DNA from: Octopus sinensis
Taxonomy: Eukaryota
DNA: 64,000 bases
Reading direction: 5' to 3'
NCBI RefSeq assembly: GCF_006345805.1
Contig: NC_042998.1
Coordinates: forward strand, 9,920,001-9,984,000
Shown: one piece after another, positions 50,789 to 63,602 of the stretch
Layout of the letters: each line of letters starts with the position of its first letter
Numbering within the stretch: the stretch's first letter is position 1
Program-made: the position numbers and the translations under genes
The notes under the pieces: model-generated
The model's input: the letters and a program-made list of their open reading frames with translations, nothing else
Databases searched by the model: none
What the model was told of the DNA's origin: nothing

Positions 50789-51667
50789 CTCTAACGACTC
50801 AGCCAATAGGCCGCTTAAAAAGCAGGAGCCCATCTTTATTGGACTTATTTTAAGGATGTAAAAGAGAGGAACACACAGTCTCCCTCAACGGAATTCAACT
50901 CACAAAGTATCGGTTAAACTGAGAATATAATAGTAAACATTAGCCAAGGTATCGTGCTGTGAGATCGAAAGCAGAACCGTGAGGTTGCAAAGCGAACTTC
51001 TTAATAACACAGGCAAGAATGCCTCCAAACGTCTAATGTGGGTAAGATTGTGTGTACGTGTGTATGAGTGCGTACGTGTATATACGTGTGTGTGTGTGTG
51101 TGTATACGTGTGTGTGTGCTTACATGTAAATTTGATATATCTCGTTAATCATATTTTCATGCATGACACAGTTATAAAAAGACGTGGTGTTTTGACTTCT
51201 CGCTCTAATTGCAGTACACAGCAGAGTCAACGGTTAAATACCATTTTCGAACAAACTAGTCGACTGAAACTCTATAGCCCGCCCTATCTGATTGTAGAGG
51301 GTTTCTTTGCTGGGTCTACTGATTTGGTGGGACATTAATGAGAAGTTAAAAAGTTCGGTCATTAAGAAAAAACTATACAGAAAGAAAAAAAAGATAAATG
51401 AATGCATGTGGAGGTAAAATATGTGGAATCTCTTCATAAACTTCGTGTCAATGTAATCTTCTCTATTGATTTCCAAGGCCGTAAATATGTTGGGAAGGTG
51501 TCTATAAGTTAAGCCCCACTTTCTCCGGTAAATGCTCAAAACTTACTTCATTCATATCTCTATGATTTTATTTCTTTTGTTATTCTTTTTAGCTCCAGGT
51601 ATAAACCCTGACAGCAGAGCAAATCTATGATGAAAGGTATTTTAAAACCGTTACAATCCCGTTTCTT

Positions 51668-51679
51668 GTGTGTGGTGTG

Positions 51680-51756
<77 letters not shown>

Positions 51757-51800
51757 CGCGCGTGTGCGTGTGCGTGTGTGTGTGGTGTGTGTGTGTGTAC
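51668..51800. repeat. (GT)n microsatellite
   Basis: Directly visible. Confidence 0.95.
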
Positions 51801-52024
51801 ACTTGGTCCCGAACGCTTGTAGCAGAACGCATTTCGTTAAAGTCACTCGAGATACAGATACTAGAAGTTAATCTACACCCGAATAGGTAATGGCAGGATT
51901 ACACACACATATATATATATATATAGTTAATCCAAACAAAAAAAGAACAAAAAAACACAACAACGCGAGGACGTGGAACAAAAATAGTATTATTGGACGC
52001 TCAGGAAAGAAGGGAAGAAGGAGG

Positions 52025-52059
52025 GTTTAACGTTTCGAGCGGAGCTCTTCGTCGGAAAC
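52025..52059 (-). ncRNA. Minimal type-I hammerhead-like motif in a (TA)n-flanked repeat
   Basis: GTTT-CCGACGA-A-GAGC-TCC-GCTC-GAA-ACGT-T|AAAC. Confidence 0.6.
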
Positions 52060-52602
52060 ATAGGAGAAGGAAAGATCCAGAGAAGGGAAGACAGAGGAAA
52101 AAAATCGCCAACGGTACACACGAGGTCACATTTTGAATATATATATATATGTGTGTGGTGTGTGTGTGTGTGTGTGTGTATAAACATATATATATACACA
52201 CACACATGCACGCGTTTACACTGTATAGTATTGCCTGTTTTATCTCTTCTAAGTCGTGTGTTTTGAGGGGGGTTTGACTGTGCTAGTTTTAGCAGGCCGA
52301 GTAATCGTATCGAGGCAGGCCTCTTCGTTGACTCGTCATCGGGACCACTGAGACGCTTGGCAAAATTCACTCCCTGCAGAAAACGAACCTATAACGTAAA
52401 GAAACCTTAACTAAATGTCTCAATGGATTCAATATGGCACTCTAGAATTCCCGCTACTCCAATCTTTAATCTCCTTCCGATTTACCAACGAATTTAGAAC
52501 TTTCTTCATTAACAGTCGTATTTTGTTTGCTTATTGTTTTCCAATCTTGGTACAACAACCGTCAGCTGTCTACGAGAAGGGGAAGTTGTTTCTTAAGTAC
52601 AT

Positions 52603-52984
52603 ACTCTTTTACTTGTTTCAGTCATTTGACTGCGGCCATGCTGGAGCACCACCTTTTAGTCGAGCAACTCGACCCCGGGACTTATTCTTTTTGTAAGCCC
52701 AGTACTTATTCTATCGGTCTCTTTTTGCCGAACCGCTAAGTGACGGGGACGTAAACACACCAGCATCGGTTGTCAAGCAATGCTAGAGGGACAAACACAG
52801 ACACACAAACACCATAACATATACATATATATATATACGACAGGCTTCTTTCAGTTTCCGTCTACCAAATCCACTCACAAGGCATTGGTCGGCCCGGGGC
52901 TATAGCAGAAGACACTTGCCCAAGATGCCACGCAGTGGGACTGAACCCGGAACCATGTGGTTGCTTAGCAAGCTACTTACCACC
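52603..52984 (-). mobile_element. SINE family A (head slightly truncated)
   Basis: Reverse complement of the family consensus. Confidence 0.9.
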
Positions 52985-53090
52985 AGTTTTTCGAGTGATT
53001 ATCTTTGACTTTTGTTTACTGTTTTCGCCAAACTTAGATTCAGACCATAAACTGGGTCTTTTTCCTATGAAAACAGAATTTCAGAACTCG

Positions 53091-53180
53091 TACCGTAAAT
53101 CTTCGAGTATGATCCGCATTTTCCCCCCAAAATTTAAAGGGTCAAAATCCCTAGTATGTACTATATACGAGGTTAAAAAT
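53091..53180. mobile_element. Possible Tc1/pogo-type MITE terminus
   Basis: TACCGTAAATCTTCGAGTATGATCCGCA resembles pogo/Tigger-like TIR starts (from memory); partner TIR not found. Confidence 0.35.
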
Positions 53181-53247
53181 GAAAAAATATTTTCTAAGCA
53201 ATGTCCGAGTCTCTATTTGCTGTCCGGCAATGTCTATTCAGACGCAT

Positions 53248-53288
53248 TGTGAGTGGATTTGGTAGACAGAAACTGAAAGAAGCCCGTC

Positions 53289-53332
<44 letters not shown>

Positions 53333-53342
53333 TATATATATG

Positions 53343-53374
<32 letters not shown>

Positions 53375-53600
53375 TGTATGTGTGTATATGTTTGTGTGTC
53401 TGTGCTTGTCCCCCCCCCAACATCGCTTGACAACCGATGCTTGTATGTTTACGTCCCCGTAACTTAGCGGTTCGGCAAAAGAGACCGATAGAATAACTAC
53501 TAGGCTTACGAAGAATAAGTCCCGGGTCGATTTGTTCGACTAAAAAAGGCGGGTGCTCCAGCATGGCCGCAGTCAAATGACTGAAACAAGTAAAAGAGTA
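53248..53600 (+). mobile_element. SINE family A, 5'-truncated
   Basis: Starts at TTGTGAGTGGATTTGGTAG and ends at AAGTAAAAGAGT. Confidence 0.85.
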
Positions 53601-53724
53601 TAGATTTCATAATTCGATAAAAGGTTACATAGGTGTATGAAAGTATGTGACGTTTATACCTTTCTCAAAGATATTTGCGAACCGGCTTTAAGCAAGAATC
53701 ACTATTTCAACAGAATATTATACG

Positions 53725-54123
53725 TCTTTATATATAAAAGTAAGGTTGTGTGCTGTCTGTCTCCTACGATTTAGATTCCTAACTACTCCCACATTTTGCG
53801 GTGCAGTTTAACCAAAACCGGGTATCTTATAGTCGTGATTCATATCGAGCCCTTCTGGGTATTAGCGCGCGTCTACGATGAGTCTACGATTTAAAAAAAA
53901 ATTCGCCATCAATTTTTCCCATTTTTAATGCATTTTTGGTATATATAAGGGAAGCAACTCTCTAAAAATTTATTTTTAAATCTCAGAACGTAAAAAGCAA
54001 CAGTAACACCCCACCCCCTTTGTGGTAAGCCATATTGTGATGGCTATTATACTTTACATCTCTAAAAATGCTTATATAGTTATTTCCCTTACAAACCCGA
54101 GCAACGCCGGGCGATACTGCTAG
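53725..54123 (+). mobile_element. Non-autonomous Helitron, subfamily a
   Basis: TC...CTAG|T; the 5' flank is G rather than A. Confidence 0.88.
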
Positions 54124-55276
54124 TGCATTATAAATTTCGCTTTTAAGGCGGCGAACTGGCAGAATCGTTACCGTGCCGGACAAAATGCTTAGTAAATTTC
54201 TTCCGGATTTATGTTCTGAATGAAAATTTTTGCCGAAGCCGACTTTGTCTTTTTTCATCCTTTCGGGGTCGATAAACTAAGTACCAATTGAGTGCCCCTA
54301 AATTTCAGATTTTGTGTCTTTACTAGATAGGATTATGAGCCTCGTTTGATTTCCTGCTTCAATAATATTTTTAGAAATCTGTGGAAGATGGATTCTGTTT
54401 TAGAGCAACAAACAAATTTCTCTAAGTGGAATTACAGTTTGCTGGAGAGTCAGAATCGATCATACATTTCCTGCTTGTTTGGCTACAACTGCTACACTGT
54501 ATAGCAATATCATGGATTAGTTATTAATATACTAACTTCCACGTGACCTTGAAGAGATATCTGAAGCAGCTATGTTATACTTAAGAAGACAGAATGGGGT
54601 TAAATAAGGAACCGTTTGCCGTTCTTAAAACAGACCAATGCACGTACACAAATTCGCGACCAGGTCATATTTAGATGAAATTAGAGCAGGAGCAAGGGTG
54701 AAGTCAATAAATGTCAGTCTAGATTGACTGCATATCAAAAAGGTGGTTTTTAGTTTCTTCTTGTCATAAACACCATGAGAACGAAGAAATCACGAAAGTT
54801 TCAGCAAGATGTAAAAAGATATCTTAATTATCCCTAGAGGTGTTACGAAAACACTGTAACCCTTCAAGTTAATTATTAATCAGGTCTTCAAAGTAGCAAT
54901 ATGAGAACAGTGGGAATAGGGGAAACCACACAAGTCAACGGAGGAAGACTCGCTGTGAACGTACTACCTTCCAGAAATAGTAGCCAAATCTCCTTCAAAT
55001 CAACCATTCAAAAATTGTAGTACTCACTGGATAATAATATACTGTTGTCTTGGATACACTGTTTGAATAAAAAGATAGGATGACCATAGATGGAGCGCCT
55101 TTTTTCATGACTACTCGATCACTGTTAACCTTGAGCAAAATAACGACAATAATTTCCATTTAGAATGAATGTGATTTCCTAAAGGAAAAAAATATAACGC
55201 TAATAGTTTGTTGTGGAGGAGGCGAGAAGCGATAAAAAGGGGTTAAGCCAGTGCGTCGGTATTAGGGTTATGATGA

Positions 55277-55505
55277 GGGCAAGCTGACAGAAACGTTAGC
55301 ACGCCGGGCGAAATGCGTAGCGGTATTTCGTCTGCCGTTACGTTCTGAGTTCAAATTCCGCCGAGGTCGACTTTGCTTTTCATCCTTTCGGGGTCGATAA
55401 ATTAAGTACCAGTTACGCACTGGAGTCGATATAATCGACTTAATCCGTTTGTCTGTCCTTGTTTGTCCTCTCTGTGTTTAGCTCCTTGTGGGTAGTAAAG
55501 AAACA
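55277..55505 (+). mobile_element. SINE family B
   Basis: Matches the 1623 element. Confidence 0.88.
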
Positions 55506-56911
55506 GGTACATAGTCAAGTGTCTAAACCAGAGAATATAGAATATTTCAAGTTTATTGTTACTCCTGGGGTCGGTTCTTTTACTCATGTCTTTCGAACTA
55601 TGAACGACAATTGTAATAATGTTTCCTCAGATTGGCACAGGTAGATGAAAAACAAAGCCCATTTCACTCCAATGGAATTTGAATACAAAATATAGAGAGA
55701 CGAAACTAAATTTTGTTAGGCATTTAATCCGACATTCTATCTCCATCGTAAAGGAGAAATGCAATAAACTGACCTGGAATCATATTATATGATTGGTACT
55801 TATTTTATAGATACTGGTTGCAAAATTTGGCACAAGGCTAGAAATCTCGGAGGAGGGGGTGAGGTCGATTAAATCAACCTCAATGCTCAACTGATGCTTA
55901 CTTTATTGACCCTGAACGGTAAAGAAGACATCGGCAGAATTTGAACTCAGAACGTAAAGACGGACGAATTGCCGCTTAGCATTTCGCCCTGCGTGATAAC
56001 GATCCTACCAGCTTATCGCCCAACTTATTTTATAAATATTTAGAGATGAAAAGCGTCGTTTTCTTTGGCTGGATCTGAGAGCAGGAACATCGTTTTTGCC
56101 AAACCGTCACTCAAATCAAATATTCTAGAGAAACGGTGGAGTCGATTGATTCAGTTACAGAAGACTACTGGCATTGGTAATTATCGACATCGGAGGGATA
56201 AAAGGTCAGTCAACGCTAAAATTTAAACTAAACGCTTAGAGGCAAAAAAAGTTCTACAAAATTTTCTAGCATTTCTACCATCCATATGCATTTATTTTGG
56301 CAATAAAATTAAAACCTTATAATGAGCAAAAAGTTAGTAGCAAACTACTTATTAAAGAAGACTTAAAAGAAATTACCAACAGATTATTCCTCCGGCAAAT
56401 TAATTAAACTCTTTTGGCTTTCATTTTCATTATGGCTACTGAAAGTCACACTAAGATATTCTCAAATCTGGAAACTGTTTGGGGAATTTAAAAGTATTCG
56501 TGTCACGAAGAAGGCATTCGTTATATTTAGGGGGTTTTGCAGCATAACATAATTATTAAATATAATTAACATAGTTTTTAAATATAGTTATTCTGCGGTA
56601 TTTAGTTACGTTCGCCAAGAAATCCCCTCGAAGTCGGTAGAATTCGAGTCAATTTCTGTGTGTATGAATGTGTGTGTGAAAGACACTGCGAGAAATTTGC
56701 AGCTTTATACAAGTTTTAATAATCTATACTATATGGGTGTAATAATCGATATTACAACGACGAATAAGGCGGCGTGCTGGCGAAATCGATAGCATGTCGG
56801 ACAAAATGCTTAATGCTTATCAGCATTTTATCCGTCTTTACGTTCTGAGTTCAAAGTCCGCCAAGGTTAACTTTGTCTTTCATCCCCTTCGGGGTCGATA
56901 AAGTAAGTACC

Positions 56912-57145
56912 TATTTCTTTATTACCCACAAAGGGCTAAACACAGAGGGGGACAAACAAGGACAGACATAGGTATTAAGTCGATTACATCGACCCCAGTG
57001 CGTAACTGGTACTTAATTTATCGACCCCGAAAGGATGAAAGGCAAAGTCGACCTCGGCGGAATTTGAACTCACAACGTAACGACGGACAAAATACGGCTA
57101 CGCATTTCGCCCGGCATGCTAACGTTTCTGCCAGCTCGCCGCCTT
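56912..57145 (-). mobile_element. SINE family B nested in an older family-B copy
   Basis: 18-bp TSD GTCGATAAA(G/A)TAAGTACC at 56894-56911 and 57146-57163. Confidence 0.88.
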
Positions 57146-57719
57146 GTCGATAAAATAAGTACCAGTCGAGTACTGGGGACCTAATTTCAGGCTTTGTGCC
57201 TCTAATAGAAAGGACATAACAGCACAAAGACGAATCGACTCGTAACCACACTACAACATCCTCCTTCGATAGTGTCCATATGACGATCACGTGACAGTCC
57301 TTTCCGCCATTAGATAACGACAATAATGCTTCTAAATCCTTTAAATCCCGATCAAAACACTCAAGGGACTTCCGAGGCTCTCACGCTCTAATAAATGTGT
57401 GCATGCTGAAGTTAATAGGCCAGTAACCCTTTTAAAGGTTGTTTACTGTCACAATATATCTTTTATAGATCCCTATGCTGTCGCTGTTGTTTTGTTCTAA
57501 ATCAACTCTAATAGGGGAGATTTACGATCAAAGATGTTTCCGCCATTACCGTCTCGTCGTTTTTCTTGGGTACGTACAGAGTAACTAGGGATTACATTAT
57601 TCAATGTAGCCTTCCGTTGAGGGAGATTTGGTTACTATTTCAGGCATGCTGAGAGACCACACAGATGTTCCCTTGGGCGCTTAACTTCATTTTTATCTGA
57701 CATACCTGTGCATACCTAT

Positions 57720-57781
57720 GTGTGTGTATTTGTGTGTGTGCGCGTGCCTGTGTGTGTGTGTGTGTGTGTGTGTGTGAGTGT

Positions 57782-57861
<80 letters not shown>

Positions 57862-57930
57862 CTGTGTGTGTGTGTGTGTTGTGTGTGTGTTGTGTGTGTG
57901 TGTGTGTGTGTGTGTTGTATGTGTGTGCGT
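57720..57930. repeat. (GT)n microsatellite
   Basis: Directly visible. Confidence 0.95.
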
Positions 57931-58051
57931 GCATGCAATCACATTGGTATAAGCAGGAAAAGAAGTACTCGATACCGAAATTAAAGTATTTAGTTCTGGT
58001 ATATTCTATTATCCGAAACTGATATTTCACATTTCGTTCACCAATGTTTCA

Positions 58052-58449
58052 CGCAGGAGTGGCTGTGTGGTAAGTAGCTTGCTTACTAACCACATGGTTC
58101 CGGGTTCAGTCCCACTGCGTGGCATCTTGGGCAAGTGTCTTCTGCTATAGCCCCGGGCCGACCAATGCCTTGTGAGTGGATTTGGTAGACGGAAACTGAA
58201 AGAAGCCTGTCGGATATATGTATATATATGTATGTGTGTGTATGTTTGTGTGTCTGTGTTTGTCCCCCTAGCATTGCTTGACAACCGATGCTGGTGTGTT
58301 TATGTCCCCGTCACTTAGCGGTTCGGCAAAAAGAGACCGATAGAATAAGTACTGGGCTTAAAAAAAGAATAAGTCCCGGGGTCAAGTTGCTCGATTAAAG
58401 GCGGTGCTCCAGCATGGCCGCAGTCAAATGACTGAAACAAGTAAAAGAG
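58052..58449 (+). mobile_element. SINE family A
   Basis: Nearly full length. Confidence 0.9.
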
Positions 58450-58473
58450 AAAAGCGAAAGAGATATGCGCGCG

Positions 58474-58523
<50 letters not shown>

Positions 58524-58851
58524 CGTGTGTGTGTGTGTGGTGTGTGTGTGAGTGTGAAGTTGGGTTCGGTATGGTGGATAGTGTTCGTCTACAATTTTTC
58601 CTTGCACTCAAGTACAAATATGTTACACACGTTTGCGAGTTTTAGCAAAATATGTTTTGAATAAGAAGGATGTACATTTAGCAATGCAGACACAATTATC
58701 TGGCGCTGCCTTAAAACATTCCACTGCAAGTCATGTTTATTTTTCAACAACAGAATGCATGCATCTTTTACACACAGGTCACTGTGTGTTAAAGATGTTT
58801 ACATGTTTAGATGCTGATAAAAATGATTTCGTTAGCAAGCATTTGCATTTG

Positions 58852-58892
<41 letters not shown>

Positions 58893-58970
58893 ACATTTCT
58901 TTACATTTTTTTACTTGTTTCAGTCAGTAGACTGCGACCACGGTGTATTACTGCCTTGAAGGGTTTAGTC

Positions 58971-59189
58971 CAGTGCTTTTCAAACTTTTTGGTGGAGCGG
59001 AACCCCAAGGAAACATTCCACTGGCTCGAGGAACCCCTGTGCAATAATTTAATAGTCTTATGCACACATATCTGCACAGGAGAATTAAAAATTACTGCTG
59101 ATTTTAGCAGTTTTGTAACTTCTTGCGGAACCCCTGGACTGTACTGGCGGAACCCTAAGGTTCCGCGGAACCCTGGTTGAAAACCACTG
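58971..59189 (-). mobile_element. hAT MITE (219 bp) inserted in a SINE A tail
   Basis: Reverse complement of the 50588 element plus 18 bp; perfect 8-bp TSD GTTTAGTC. Confidence 0.93.
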
Positions 59190-59294
59190 GTTTAGTCGAA
59201 CAAATTGACTCCAGCACTTATTTTTAAAGTCTAGTACTTATTTTATTTGTCTCTTATTCGAACCGCTAAGTTACGGGGACGTAAACAACCCAGG

Positions 59295-59448
59295 CATGGC
59301 TATGTGGTAAGAAACTCGCTTCTCAACCACATGGTTCTGAGTTCAGTCCCACTGCGTGGCACTTTGGCCAAGTGTCTGCTACTATAGCATCGAACCGACC
59401 AAACTTAGTGAGTGGATTTGACGGAAACTGAAAGAAGCCCATCGTACG

Positions 59449-59504
<56 letters not shown>

Positions 59505-59700
59505 GTTTTCCAACCACCACTTGATAGCCGGAGATGGTGTGTTTACGTCCCCGTAAGTTAGCGATTCAGCAAAAGAGACCAATGGAATAAATACTAGGCT
59601 TTAAAAAGAGTCCTAGAGTCGATTTTTTCGGCTAAAACCCTTCAAGGTGGTGCCCCAGCATGGTCGCAGTCAAATGACTGAAAGAAGTAAAAGATAAAAG
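59295..59700 (+). mobile_element. SINE family A (diverged)
   Basis: Head, (TG)n and tail recognisable. Confidence 0.75.
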
Positions 59701-59732
<32 letters not shown>

Positions 59733-60012
59733 TTGTATATATATGTATGTATCTGTGTGTGTATTTGCCTTTGTCTCTCACTACTGCTTGACAAGCGGTG
59801 TTGGTTTGTTTACGTTCCCATAACTTAGCATACAATGCTGAGAGAAAAAAAAGGGGTCGATTTGTTCGACTAAACCCTTCGAGGAGGTGCCCCAGGATGG
59901 AAAGATAAAGTATAAAAGATTCATCCATTCATTCTAAAGAAGGAAGCAGAAAGAAGAATGAAAAATTTGAAGCGAAAGAATAACAAAACAAAATGAGATA
60001 ATTTATTATAAA

Positions 60013-60413
60013 CTAGCCGTATCGCCCGGCGTTGCTCGGGTTTGTAAGGGAAATAACTATATAAGCATTTTTAGAGAGTTATAGCCAAAAAATAGCAAAA
60101 AATGCATTAAAAATGGAAAAAAATTATGGTAAATTTTTTTTTAAATCGTTGACTCATCGTAGACATTTTTAGAGAGTTACTTCCCTTATATAATAGCGAA
60201 AAAAAATGCATTAAAATGGAAAAAAATGATGGTAAATTTTTTTTAAAATCGTAGACTCATCGTAAACGCGCGCTAATACCCAGAAGGGCTTGATATGAAT
60301 CACGACTATAAGATACCCGGTTTTGGTTACACTGCACCGCAAAATGTGTGAGTAGTTAGGAATCTAAATCGTAGGAGACAGACAGCACACAACTTCACTT
60401 TTATATATAAAGA
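60013..60413 (-). mobile_element. Non-autonomous Helitron, subfamily b
   Basis: A|TC...CTAG|T on the minus strand; same internal duplication as 41991. Confidence 0.9.
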
Positions 60414-61025
60414 TATCGGGAACTGTGAGCAGTTATGGCGTAGATATGTATAAAGTTAACAGCAGCAAAACTTAAGTGCCTTAACGGTTATTTCATTTAA
60501 AAGATATTTGAATAAAATAAATTAATAAATAAATATTTCGAAAAGAAGAAAAAGATCCGAAACTGAAAAAAGAAAAAAAAAAAAAAAAAAGACTGCGATT
60601 CACGTGACCTCGTCTCGTAATGAAAGAACAGACATTTTCTGCGATTGTTGTGATATCTGATACATTTAAGCAAAGAAAAAACATAGTGGCTTGATTTCTT
60701 TGTTATTTTAAACAGTTTCTTGATCATATATATATATATATATTATTATATATATCTTTTGCTTCGACTTCTACCAATGATACGTCACCGTTGTCGTATA
60801 GATTTACTTAGTCAGGATTTAAGGGGGAACAAATGAATGTAGAATGTAAACATAAAAACATCCTGTTTGTAATTTATGTGAAAACTTGCACGCATACGTA
60901 AACACATACACGTGTGGGGGGAACACACACACACGCACGCACGCACGTATGCACGTACGCACGCATACATATGTACATGAGCATATACACATGTCAAATC
61001 TAATTGCAATATATTCTATAACACA

Positions 61026-61615
61026 GGGCGGCGACCTTGGCAGAAACGTTAGCACGGCGGGCGAAATGCGTAGCCGTATTTCGTCTGCCGCTACGTTCTG
61101 AGTTCAAATTCCGCCGAGGTCGACTTTGCCTTTCATCTTTTCGGGATCAATTAAATAAGTACCAGTTTCGCACTGGAGTCGATATAATCAACTTAATACC
61201 TATGTCTGTTCTTGTTTGTCCTCTCTGTGTTTAGCCCCTTGTGGGTAGTAAAGAAATAGGTATTTCGTCCGCCGTTACGTTCTGAGTTCAAATTCCGCCG
61301 AGGTCGACTTTACCTTTCATCCTTTCCGGGTCGATTAAATAAGTACCAGTTACGCACTGGGGTCGATACAATCGCCTTAATCCGTCTGTCTGTCCTTGTT
61401 TGTCCTCTCTGTATTTAGCCCCTTGTGGGTAGTTAAAGAAATAGGTATTTCGTCCGCCGTTACGTTCTGAGTTCAAATTCCGGCAAGGTCGACTTTGCCT
61501 TTCATCCTTTCGGGGTCGATTAAATAAGTACCAGTTTCGCACTGGGGTCGATGTAATCAACTTAATCCATTTGTCTGTCCTTGTTTGTCCTCTCTGTGTT
61601 TAACCCCTGGTGGGC
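61026..61615 (+). mobile_element. Head-to-tail trimer of SINE family B
   Basis: Full copy 61026-61258; truncated copies start GGTATTTCGTCCGCCG at 61259 and 61444. Confidence 0.9.
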
Positions 61616-61883
61616 TATATAAATATATTCTATAACACGCATCTAAATTTTGCTTATACACAGAAACACGCATGCACACATACGCACGCACATGCAAACA
61701 CACACCTGTGGTCGTTCTGTGCGAGTGCAAAGCATAAAATGCATACCTAAAATATAGTTTCATGTACCCTACTTCAATAATACATCTTAGTTATTTAGCT
61801 CTTTGTCTGTCCTGTATAACACATGTGATTCACAGGACAATTATTCCCTTGGCGTCCATGTACCTTATATGATAAAAAAAATA

Positions 61884-62135
61884 ATAAATGTTCCTTCTTG
61901 AGCCATTCCAGACTCATAAGGACCGGTTTCTCGATTTCAGTGGCGTAGAAATTCCCCACCTGGACGGGACACTTGTCCGTCGCAGGATTACTCATTTTTG
62001 GTAGCTGAGTGGACTGGAGCAACGTGAAATGAAGTGTTTTGCTCAAGAACTCAACGCATCGCCCAATCCAGGAATCGAAACCACAACCTTACGATCATGA
62101 ATTCAACACCCTAATCACTAAGCCACGTGCCCCCC
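61884..62135 (-). mobile_element. SINE family D
   Basis: Reverse complement of the 5819 element. Confidence 0.85.
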
Positions 62136-62369
62136 ACACCATATATGATACATATTCCAAATTTTTCCAACCACCTGAGTAAGTTCGGACTTAGAAAACT
62201 TGTGAAACTGACTAAAATTTTAAAATAAATGCAGGCGTTTAGAAGAAAATTATGAAAATGCTTCAGAGTGGCAAAGGGTAAAAAATTCATGTTCAGGCTT
62301 AAGTACAATGAGCTACCTCTGGTGTGTGTATATGTGTGTGCGCGCATGCCTGCGCGTTTATATATCTTT

Positions 62370-62765
62370 TATCTTTTACTTGTTTTAGCCATCAGACTGC
62401 GGCCATGCTGGGGCACTGCTTTGAAGGATTTAGTCGAACAAATCGACCCTGGTAGGTACATTCTTTTAAAATTCTAGTACTTATTCTACCAGCTATTTTG
62501 CCGAACCGCTAAGTTACGGAGACGTAAACAAACCAACAGAGGTAGTCAAGTGGTGGGTGGAAGGACAAATACAGACACAGAAACACACACACACACACAC
62601 ATATACATTATACAACGGGCTTCTTTCAGTTTCCATCTACCAAATCCACTCATAAGGCTTTGGTCGGCTCGGGGCTATGGTAAGAGGCACTTGCCCAAAG
62701 TGCCACGCAGTGGGACTGAACCTGGAACCATGCGGTTGGTAAGCAAACTTCTTACAGCACAGCCA
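62370..62765 (-). mobile_element. SINE family A (diverged)
   Basis: Tail and head recognisable. Confidence 0.75.
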
Positions 62766-63046
62766 TCTTTGCATGTGTGTAGTGTGTGTGTGTGTGTGTG
62801 TTTTCGGAGGTGTGCTTGCCAAGCAAATGATTTGATCTGAGACCGTGTGTTGATACTAAAACTTTTACAACCTGAAAGATATATATATTAACCATTCAAA
62901 GATACACAAATAAGTTGCTAACTTCACTTAAAAAGTTTTTATTTGGTGTCTAAATTTTCGTCATACCAACTGCAACTTGGTCACTGACGCAATTCCACTG
63001 CGCTTTGTTTGTGGAGAGGTTGTTAGTCGCCATATATAAGTAGCAC

Positions 63047-63280
63047 CAAGGCGGCGAGGTGGCAGAAACGTTAGCACGCCGGGCGAAATGCGTAGCCGTA
63101 TTTCATCTGTCGTTACGTTCTGAGTTCAAATTCCGCCTAGGTCGACTCTGCCTTTCATCCTTTCGGAGTCGATAAATTAAGTACCAGTTACGCACTGTGG
63201 TCGATGTAATCGACTTAATCCCTTTGTCTGTCCTTGTTTGTCCCTTCTATGTTTAGCCCCTTGTGGGCAATAAAGAAATA
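63047..63280 (+). mobile_element. SINE family B with TSD
   Basis: 15-bp repeat ATATATAAGTAGCAC at 63032-63046 and 63281-63295. Confidence 0.92.
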
Positions 63281-63541
63281 ATATATAAGTAGCACGACTG
63301 ACTTATTATATATGAAAAAAAATTATAACTCTGAAACCTATATAATTTGCCAATCAGCATCGTCGCCTCAAACCAGATGTAGTGAAACTGCGTCAGTGAT
63401 CAGGTTGCAGTTACTGCGAGGAAAATTTTGACGCAAAATAATACATGTCTAAGCGAAGTTAACAGTGTTTGTGAATTTTTGAATGGCTATGTTTTTTACG
63501 CTGTGACTGTTACGCGCACACACATACTTATATGTATATTA

Positions 63542-63602
<61 letters not shown>

